Source: Armatimonadota bacterium | GTDB taxonomy: Bacteria > Armatimonadota > JAAZEB01 | Reading direction: 5' to 3' | Length of the DNA: 64,000 nt | Assembly: GCA_012512265.1 (NCBI GenBank) | Contig: JAAZEM010000131.1 | Location: 1,837-65,836 of the forward strand | Shown here: positions 57,640-64,000 of the stretch, piece after piece | Numbering within the stretch: the first letter of the stretch is position 1 | Layout of the letters: the number at the start of each line of letters is the position of its first letter | Notes under the pieces: generated by a model | Seen by the model: the letters and a program-made list of their open reading frames with translations, nothing else | Told to the model about the DNA's origin: nothing | Database searches by the model: none | Program-made: the position numbers and the translations under genes

Positions 57640-58882
57640 CCGTGGGTGGAGGCGGCTCCTTCTTGCCACGCTTGTTGGCGCGGCCAGCCTGGGCGCGTGC
57701 CCGAGGGTTTGGGCAGAGGCAGGCGAGGGCGTCGAGACTGTGCAGGAGCAGGCGGGGCAGATCGCGCAGAAGATCGCGCCGTACAAGGGGAAGTTTGTCG
57801 TCTTCGTCCTGGACGTCTCTGGGAGCATGACGAACCAGGGGCGGCTGCAGGCGAGCAACGAGGCGCTGGCCACGATCGTGCGCAATGGCACGCGGGTGGG
57901 CGACCGCGTCGCGATCTTCTCCTTCGACGTCAGCCCGGAGCTGCTGCTTAAGGAGACGGTCATCCAGAAGGAGAGCGACAAGAAGATCGTGATCGACCGG
58001 ATCCCGACGGTGAGCAGCAACACGGTGGGCTCGAACATCCGGTGGGCGCACCACGAGGCGCTCAAGCTGCTGGAGCCGTCGGAGTGTCCTTACCAGGTGT
58101 GCGTCCTGGTGAGCGACAACCTGCACGACCCGCCGGGTGAAACGGACCGCTTCTATCCGGATTACCTGAACTACTACATTCCCGGCACGATGGAGGCGCC
58201 CTCCACCCCGCAGAGTAACGACTACGCTCGCCTGCGCGAGAAGTTTCGCGGCGGCACCCGGCTCACCTTCGGGATTGGCGTCAACATCTCCGAGACGGGC
58301 GCCGTGCAGGAGCTGCCGCCACTGAAGAAGACTCCGGCCTGGGTGTGGCTGGTGGCCGCGGCGGCGGTTGTCGCGCTGGCTGGCGCCGGCTGGGTGGGAG
58401 CAAGCGCGTGGCGACGCGCCGCAGAGGCACGCCAGATCGCCAACAGTCCGATGAACGTTGTGATTCGCAACGTCACCCCGGATGGCACGGCCAGCCCCTT
58501 CAGCGCGGAGACGCATCTGGTGCTGCAGCCGAACGAGTCGTTCACCATCGGAGGCGCGCCTTTCGGTATCGGGCAGGTGGTTTCCCTCCCCGGCGCCATG
58601 ATGAAGGAACCGGTGGCGCGAGTCCACCGGCGCGGCCTTAGCTTCAGCCTCGAGGCGCTGCCCGGCCAGGAGACGGTGGCGGTTTACGTGGACGGCATCG
58701 AGGCCGTGCCTGGCGGAGATGCGATCCCTATCCGCTTGGGGCAGACGATCAGCGTGCGCTATCGGGTGATGGCTGGGATCGAGAAGAGCGTGGATCTTCT
58801 CTTCGCAGACCCGCGGGCGGCCGAAGAGCAGGCGGCAACCGAGGAAGTAGTCTTCGACGAGAGTCACCAGTCTCCCTATTGA
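57617..58882 (+). CDS. lipoprotein-like vWA domain protein with a TM helix and a C-terminal FHA-like domain
   Basis: Signal peptide with a possible lipobox (LGAC). vWA MIDAS FVVFVLDVSGSM (DVSGS at 57812-57826). TM helix AWVWLVAAAAVVALAGAGWVGA. The C-terminal segment FTIGGAPFG...VARVHRRGLSFSLE...VYVDG..V.....IRLGQTISV is FHA-like (tentative). It overlaps the previous gene by 23 nt. Confidence 0.75.
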   Translation: MSFRSFGNRGWRRLLLATLVGAASLGACPRVWAEAGEGVETVQEQAGQIAQKIAPYKGKFVVFVLDVSGSMTNQGRLQASNEALATIVRNGTRVGDRVAIFSFDVSPELLLKETVIQKESDKKIVIDRIPTVSSNTVGSNIRWAHHEALKLLEPSECPYQVCVLVSDNLHDPPGETDRFYPDYLNYYIPGTMEAPSTPQSNDYARLREKFRGGTRLTFGIGVNISETGAVQELPPLKKTPAWVWLVAAAAVVALAGAGWVGASAWRRAAEARQIANSPMNVVIRNVTPDGTASPFSAETHLVLQPNESFTIGGAPFGIGQVVSLPGAMMKEPVARVHRRGLSFSLEALPGQETVAVYVDGIEAVPGGDAIPIRLGQTISVRYRVMAGIEKSVDLLFADPRAAEEQAATEEVVFDESHQSPY

Positions 58883-58913
58883 GGGGGAGCGGCATAGCAG
58901 GGGGGAGCAGACG

Positions 58914-61900
58914 ATGGCCGTGGAGTTGGATGCCGTAGGCGTATCCCGAAGCATCATCATTGGCTGCGGGGGCACCGGACACAGGATCATCCTGGAGACG
59001 CGCAAGCGCCTGGTGGACAAGTACGGGTCGCTGAGCAAGATCCCGATAGTGCAGTTCCTACAGCTCGATACGACACCACTCAAGGAGGAAGTGCGCTACG
59101 CGAAGGAGGTCAACCTGACCCCCAACGAGTACGTCTTCATGCAGGTGCAGAACATCGCCAAGTACCGGCGTGGCCTTGAGAATGAGCCCCACCTCTACCC
59201 GCATCTGGCGTCCTGGGTGCCGCGCTCGATCCTCACGACGAACGTCGACCAGGGCGCGGGCCAGGTGCGTGCGCGGGGGCGCTTCGCCTTCTTTGAAAAC
59301 TACCCTACGATCCGCGAGCGCCTCTACGCGGCGATGAACCGCGTCACCAGCGACCAGGCGTATCGCGAGGCCACGTCGAACGGCATCCGGGTAAGCGAAG
59401 GCGGGATCTCGGTCTACATCCTCACCTCGCTGATGGGGGGCACGGGGAGCGGCATCTTCCTGGACCTGGCCTACCTGGCCAAGAATGAGTTGAGCCAGGC
59501 CGCGGGCGCGAAGACGATCGACACGATTGGCATCCTGTTGCTGCCCCCGGTGGGCGGCGACCTGGTGGGCGTCTACTTTGCGAACGCCTATGCCTCGCTG
59601 ATGGAGCTCAACCACTTCAACAACCCCGCCACCGAGTTCGTGGCCCAATACCAGCCGGGCATGCCCGAGTTGCGCGATCCGGACGACCCCTTCACCTTCT
59701 GCTACCTGATGGACTCGCGCAACGAAGAGGGAGACGTGATCGGAGAGGACAAGCTGATCCAGATGATCGGCCACTACCTCTTCCTCGATCTCACGCACGA
59801 GTTCGCGAGCAAGAAGCGCGAGAACCGCGACAACCACAAGCAGTGGCTGCGCCGCGATGAGTTCGACTGCCCCACCAAGTACCTTAGCTTCGGCCTCTCG
59901 GCGCTCTGCTTCCCCAAGGACCAGGTGCTTCACGTCTGCGCCAATCGGCTGGCAAAGGAGCTCGTCTCGGGGTGGATGGATCCCGCGGCCGTCTTCGATG
60001 ATCGCGAGCTTCACGAGGAGGCCATCAACCGCATGGCCCAGGCCAACTGGGACTGCGATCGCGTGCGGGCCGGACTGGCGGTAGAGGGCCAGAGCCAGCA
60101 TGGGAGGAGCGCGACCGATGCCGTAGGCGAGATGGTGCGCCGCGCTGAAGCCACCGCCAAACAGGCGATGAACGAGAGCGCGATTCGCGCCCTGGAGAGG
60201 CTGATCCAGCAGGATCTCCCCCCCTGGATCTCCGCCGGCGACGAGGCCAATCCGGACGTGCGCCAGCGCAGGGGGCTGGGCATCTACCCGGAAGAGATCC
60301 GCAAGGGGCTTGAACGGCGCATCGAGCACATGAGCGCGTGGCTGGTGGAGCTGGTGACGGAGCTGGTGAACGACCCGAAGTACCGCCACGAAGGCTGCCG
60401 CCGCATGCTGGCCTGCCTGGAGCGGATTGCGACCCAATCTCGCGACCGGTTGATCCGCGACAGCACCGAGCTGAAGGCGCGGATGGACGCGCTGAATGGT
60501 CAGATCCAGAAGATGCTGAGCCAGTCGCGTGGCGAGATCCGGAAGGCGATGGAATCCGCCGCCAACGGCAGCCGGCGAAAAGCCGGCCGCGGCGCGACCA
60601 CCAATCGCGGCACGGCCGAGGCGGCGATCTCCAGCTTCTGCCGGGCAGTGGCTCAGCACGCGCAGGACAGCGTGCAGGCGTTCGTCTGCGACGCCGCCCA
60701 CCGCTTCTACACCGAGATGCTCGCCTGCCTGGCCGAGCGTAATCGCGATCTGAGGCGCTACGAGGAGCATGTGGGCGGGCTGCGCGAGCGCTTCCGTGCC
60801 GAGGAGATGCGCTTCCTGGAATCCTCCCCGGCCGTCAACGGTGAGATCCTCTACACCGGCGGAGATGAGGACGCGGATGAAGCGATCAACCGCTATTACC
60901 AGCATGTGACCGCGACAGAGAGACGCCAGATAGACGACCGCGTCCAGGCGGAGCTGGGCATCACCTCCATGGGCCTCTACGGCTACTTCCTGGCCGAGGG
61001 CGCCGGCTCTATCGACACGATTGCAGGAACTATCCTGCGGCACACGACGGCGGCGTTCAAAGACGACATTGAGGCGGTCGAAGTGCTCAATCTCTTCTTC
61101 GAAAGGTACCCGGACGACCGCGCCGCCGAGGAGCAGATGAAGCGCCTCAACCGCCTCTGCTCGCCATTCGTCCACGCGAAAGCGGGCGGGATGGCCGGCT
61201 TCACCGACGACCCGCAGATGCGCCAGCGCAACATCGGCATCCCCAACGCCGAGGAGCCGAAGACATCGGCGGAGCGGCGCTTCCGGGCGATGGTCACCAA
61301 AGCCGCGTCGGTGACCGACCCGCGCACCTGGGTGACGGTGGCCTCGCGCAGTGAGGCGCTCTTCCTCCATGAGCGTTCCGGCTTTCCCCTGCGGCTCATG
61401 GAGGACGCGTTGCGTCGGTGCGAAAGCCACTACGAACACACGCGCAAGCGCCGGAAAGAGCCAGTGCACGCCCGCGTGGATTTCCAACAGTGGGAGAGTC
61501 TCACGCCGGCGCCGCCACACCTGAAGGCGGAAGCGTGGAAGATCTTCTTCATCGCGGCGGCTTCCGGCGTGCTCACGTGCCGGCCGGTGGAGGTGCAGAC
61601 CCAGCGCGGCCAGGAGGAGCGCTTCAGCTACGAGATCAGCTATTTCGATGACCAGGGCGTGCAGCATACCGAGGTGGTGGCCGACCGCCTCCCGCCCTTC
61701 GATGCCCTCCGCTTCGATGGGAGAGACTATCCGAATGGCGTGATGCAGCTCCTCCTGAAGCTGTGTCACCCCGAGGGATTGACCGATCTGGCCCGGCGCA
61801 TCCAGCGCAAGCAGGAGGAGACTGTGGCCAAAGAAGGGGTGGCGGCGATCCGGGAGCGCCTCCTCGATCTCGTCAACAACCGGCTGTCGCCTCAAGCCGA

Positions 61901-62345
61901 GTTCACGCCGCACGCGCGCGAGGTGGTGAGTGGCTACCTCCGCTCGCTTCAGAGCGCGCCAGGAGCGGGCGCGCCCGCGACTCCCCCGGCGCCGGCACCC
62001 GCGGGCGCTACAGGCGACCGGCTCGCGAAACTGCGCGGCCTCCTCGAGAAGCGCCTGATGACCGCTTCGGACTACGCCGCGAAGCTGAAGGAGATGCGCG
62101 GCGAGGGCGTGCTCACATCGGATGAGTGCCGGGCGAGCCTGAATGAACTCCGCGACGCCGGTCTCCTGACGCCGGCGGAGTACGACGCAGCTTGCCAGGC
62201 GCTCGGCCTCGAAACGGCGGAGAGCCCGGCGGAAGAGAACTCGATTGAGGCCCGCCTGATGAAGCTGAAGAGCCTCTTCGAGAAGGGATTGATCACCCAG
62301 GAGGATTACGACGCGAAGCGAACCGCGATTCTGGCGGAAATTTGA
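58914..62345 (+). CDS. giant tubulin/FtsZ-like GTPase (Tubulin_2-type) with a long helical region and C-terminal SHOCT-like repeats
   Basis: N-terminal T1-like IIIGCGGTGHRI. Tubulin signature LTSLMGGTGSGIFLDLAYL (MGGTGSG at 59433-59453). GAGQVRARGRFAFF. Three C-terminal repeats of the SHOCT type at about 62010-62342 (LAKLRGLLEKRLMTASDYAAKL, LNELRDAGLLTPAEYDAA, LMKLKSLFEKGLITQEDYDAKRTAIL). GGGGGGAG RBS. Confidence 0.8.
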   Translation: MAVELDAVGVSRSIIIGCGGTGHRIILETRKRLVDKYGSLSKIPIVQFLQLDTTPLKEEVRYAKEVNLTPNEYVFMQVQNIAKYRRGLENEPHLYPHLASWVPRSILTTNVDQGAGQVRARGRFAFFENYPTIRERLYAAMNRVTSDQAYREATSNGIRVSEGGISVYILTSLMGGTGSGIFLDLAYLAKNELSQAAGAKTIDTIGILLLPPVGGDLVGVYFANAYASLMELNHFNNPATEFVAQYQPGMPELRDPDDPFTFCYLMDSRNEEGDVIGEDKLIQMIGHYLFLDLTHEFASKKRENRDNHKQWLRRDEFDCPTKYLSFGLSALCFPKDQVLHVCANRLAKELVSGWMDPAAVFDDRELHEEAINRMAQANWDCDRVRAGLAVEGQSQHGRSATDAVGEMVRRAEATAKQAMNESAIRALERLIQQDLPPWISAGDEANPDVRQRRGLGIYPEEIRKGLERRIEHMSAWLVELVTELVNDPKYRHEGCRRMLACLERIATQSRDRLIRDSTELKARMDALNGQIQKMLSQSRGEIRKAMESAANGSRRKAGRGATTNRGTAEAAISSFCRAVAQHAQDSVQAFVCDAAHRFYTEMLACLAERNRDLRRYEEHVGGLRERFRAEEMRFLESSPAVNGEILYTGGDEDADEAINRYYQHVTATERRQIDDRVQAELGITSMGLYGYFLAEGAGSIDTIAGTILRHTTAAFKDDIEAVEVLNLFFERYPDDRAAEEQMKRLNRLCSPFVHAKAGGMAGFTDDPQMRQRNIGIPNAEEPKTSAERRFRAMVTKAASVTDPRTWVTVASRSEALFLHERSGFPLRLMEDALRRCESHYEHTRKRRKEPVHARVDFQQWESLTPAPPHLKAEAWKIFFIAAASGVLTCRPVEVQTQRGQEERFSYEISYFDDQGVQHTEVVADRLPPFDALRFDGRDYPNGVMQLLLKLCHPEGLTDLARRIQRKQEETVAKEGVAAIRERLLDLVNNRLSPQAEFTPHAREVVSGYLRSLQSAPGAGAPATPPAPAPAGATGDRLAKLRGLLEKRLMTASDYAAKLKEMRGEGVLTSDECRASLNELRDAGLLTPAEYDAACQALGLETAESPAEENSIEARLMKLKSLFEKGLITQEDYDAKRTAILAEI

Positions 62346-62387
62346 GACCGTGCCACGTTTGGTTGCTGGTGAGTGGAGGCCGGTGCA

Positions 62388-63194
62388 GTGAGTGAGTCGG
62401 ACCGGCTGAGGCGGCTTCGCAAGCTGCGGGAGGCGCTCGATGCGCCGCTCGTGCCGCGCGGCATGTCGCGCGCCTCGGTCGCTCACTATCCGACCGTGCC
62501 GCCCCGGTACACCTATCCGGGTCCGGTGGTACCGGGCACGCGCGCGGAGCTCGCCGCGGCGCCGAAGGGCTCGCGCCCGCTCCGGTGGCTCGCGGCCGCG
62601 CTCTCGCCACTCGCCGCTCTGGAGCGGTGGCACCTGCAGGCAGCCACGGTCGCGCTGGCGATCCTAGGCGCGCTGAACGCCTACTGGTTTCAGTGGGGCC
62701 TGGAAAAGGCGGCGATCACCATCATCGCCACGGCGGCGCTGCCGGCGCTACTCAGCGGCCTCTGCGACCTCCTTTTCCGGCTTACCGTCATTCCGGGGAT
62801 TCGCCTGCACGTGGCGCTGCTTCAGTGGGCGCGCGAGCGCCATCGCGCGCTCGTGATTGTGAGAGCCTGGGCCGACACCCCTCTCCGGGGGCGCTGGAAA
62901 CGGGCGGTGCAGGTTCAGTTCGCCTCGGGGGCGATCCCGGCGCGGACGCTCGACGTGGTGACGGACCTCTACGACGACAACTCGAAGCTGGATATCGCCC
63001 TCCTGGTGGAGGCGCCGGCACTCCCTTTGGACGACCTCCTTGTCTGGGTGCGCGTGCCGGATGGCCGGCTGGCTGGGATGGAGGCGAGCATCCGCCGGTT
63101 TCGAGAGGAGCGGTGCGCGCGCTGCCTGGGCGAGGAGACAGACTGCGCCCTCTGCGGCGGCACCTACCGGGTGCCAGAGGCGCAATTCCTGTGA
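62388..63194 (+). CDS. membrane protein with a C-terminal CxxC...CxxC zinc-ribbon (hypothetical), last gene of the cluster
   Basis: GTG 62388 lies 8 nt after GGAGG (alternative GTG at 62373). TM helices ATVALAILGALNAYWF and ITIIATAALPALLSGLCDLLF. The C-terminus reads RCARCLGEETDCALCGGTYRVP. Confidence 0.55.
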   Translation: MSESDRLRRLRKLREALDAPLVPRGMSRASVAHYPTVPPRYTYPGPVVPGTRAELAAAPKGSRPLRWLAAALSPLAALERWHLQAATVALAILGALNAYWFQWGLEKAAITIIATAALPALLSGLCDLLFRLTVIPGIRLHVALLQWARERHRALVIVRAWADTPLRGRWKRAVQVQFASGAIPARTLDVVTDLYDDNSKLDIALLVEAPALPLDDLLVWVRVPDGRLAGMEASIRRFREERCARCLGEETDCALCGGTYRVPEAQFL

Positions 63195-63377
63195 TTTGCC
63201 CTTTCGCGGGCAGAGGGCACGACCGGCCGCTTTCGGAAACGCCGCGTGCCCGGCGGTGGAAACCCGGGGCCGCGTGTATCGCGCGGCGATAGATCACCGC
63301 GCTGCCTGCAAGCGAAGCCCTGCCGGGCTGGTGATGGCTGTCTGCAGTGCAAAGTGGATGGGCAGGGTTGGGAGGGG

Positions 63378-63428
63378 AAGCCCCGAAGGGGCTTTGCAGG
63401 GAAGCAGCGCGGAGCTTCCAGCTCCGCG
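63378..63428 (+). terminator. two tandem GC-rich hairpins downstream of the cluster (candidate terminators)
   Basis: AAGCCCC-GAA-GGGGCTT followed by T (63378-63394), and CGCGGAGC-TTCCA-GCTCCGCG (63408-63428). They lie about 185 nt after the stop at 63194. U-tracts are poor. Confidence 0.3.
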
Positions 63429-63527
63429 TGCGCGTGTTGGCCACGCACCTGCGCAACGGCGGTTGGCTGGGCCTGGGATGTCGCGATAGACGCGCGCGGG
63501 GTAGGCTCCCAGGGGACAGGGAGGAGA

Positions 63528-64000
63528 TGGCGGAGATGGAACAACGCCGGCGAGGGCTGTTCTCACCGCGGGCGGTCGCGTGCGCGGCAGCCCTGTTGTT
63601 GCTCGGGAGTCCGGCGGGCGCCGCGCCTGAGAAGCCTGCGCCCAAACCAGCTTCCCTCTCGCCGACCAACCCCGGGTTCGAGAAAGAGCTGGTGGGATGG
63701 ACGCTCGAGCGTCCCCTCAGCCCTGAGCAGGGCCGCGTGAGCGTGGTCGAGGGCGACGCCGCCGAGGGGAAGCACGCGGCGGTGCTGCGCGCGCACTCAT
63801 CGCGGGTTACGGTGGGGCTGACGTGCGACCCGGTCGCGCTCCCAGAAGGCGGGACGAACCTCCTCCTCCGCCTGCGCTACCGGGTGGCCGGCCAGCCGGA
63901 GAGCGTCGAGCTCCACGTACGCCCGCTGGACGATAAAGGCCAGGTGCTGCTCCCGGTGGAGGAGTACCCCCAGGTGCGCGCGCGCCTGTCGATGGCTGAG
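63528..64000 (+). CDS. secreted hypothetical protein (3' end lies outside the window)
   Basis: ATG 63528 follows GGAGGAG. Signal peptide LFSPRAVACAAALLLLGSPAGAAPE. The frame stays open to the window edge, so the ORF is missing from the ORF track. NPGFEKELVGW resembles the start of a carbohydrate-binding-module-like beta-sandwich (tentative). Confidence 0.6.

Noticed and set aside
55522-59083. Long - strand ORFs 55522-58065 (847 aa) and 57488-59083 (531 aa)
   Set aside because: They lie antisense to the Ig-like/TPR and vWA genes. They are low in complexity and rich in Arg, Pro and Ser. The sense-strand products have coherent domains, signal peptides and RBSs.
59058-62633. 1191-aa ORF on the - strand, the longest ORF in the window
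   Set aside because: It lies entirely antisense to the tubulin-like gene. Its translation is Arg/Ala/Gly/His/Leu-rich and low in complexity, with no motifs. This is the typical shadow ORF of a high-GC coding region, and the + strand product has clear domain signatures.
1-64000. Mobile elements, prophage genes, CRISPR arrays, rRNA/tRNA
   Set aside because: I noticed no transposase, integrase or recombinase motifs, no direct-repeat/spacer array and no rRNA- or tRNA-like sequence while reading both strands. Composition looks uniform across the window, including the Hsp70/tubulin-like cluster, so there is no visible sign of recent horizontal acquisition.

Overview
High-GC bacterial chromosomal window (judged by eye, no composition computed). 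It is densely coded with about 55 supportable genes. I saw no rRNA, tRNA, CRISPR array or obvious IS or transposase. GGAGG-type ribosome-binding sites are common, and the GC-rich sequence produces many long spurious antisense ORFs. Layout: (1) 1-13.5 kb, + strand, housekeeping and metabolic genes: an FAD oxidoreductase fragment, BON protein, M42 peptidase, 2-oxoacid dehydrogenase E1 alpha/beta, a Gfo/Idh/MocA oxidoreductase, a solitary N6-adenine DNA methyltransferase, scpA-scpB, a D-Ala-D-Ala carboxypeptidase, rluB, and an ABC ATPase with an extra C-terminal domain. (2) 13.6-27.8 kb, - strand, a Tad/Flp-type pilus locus: cpaA, cpaB, two tandem secretins (one with LysM), REC-CpaE, a CpaF with a duplicated N-domain, tadB and tadC. 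A LuxR-type two-component pair sits upstream and a REC-GGDEF cyclase is coupled downstream. I found no pilin ORF. (3) 28-47.5 kb, mixed genes: a KGG-repeat stress protein, dsbD, several hypothetical secreted or membrane proteins, trpB2, a YbjN-like protein, pfkB, hpf, ispDF-yacL-radA-clpC (Bacillus-like synteny), ilvE, and a second Gfo/Idh/MocA oxidoreductase. (4) 47.6-63.2 kb, + strand, the most interesting region: a tightly packed ten-gene putative operon. It encodes three Hsp70-like proteins (one fused to a vWA domain, two with degenerate ATP motifs), three coiled-coil proteins (two ending in a GrpE-like beta-domain, one of them membrane-anchored), a membrane protein with Ig-like repeats and TPR, a lipoprotein-like vWA/TM/FHA-like protein, a 1143-aa tubulin/FtsZ-like GTPase (GGTGSG signature) with C-terminal SHOCT-like repeats, and a membrane zinc-ribbon protein. 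I recognise no J-domain protein or known effector in it. I cannot place this combination in any characterised system from memory, so it is my candidate for an undescribed membrane-associated chaperone/cytoskeletal or conflict system. All family calls come from motif recognition by eye and need profile searches.
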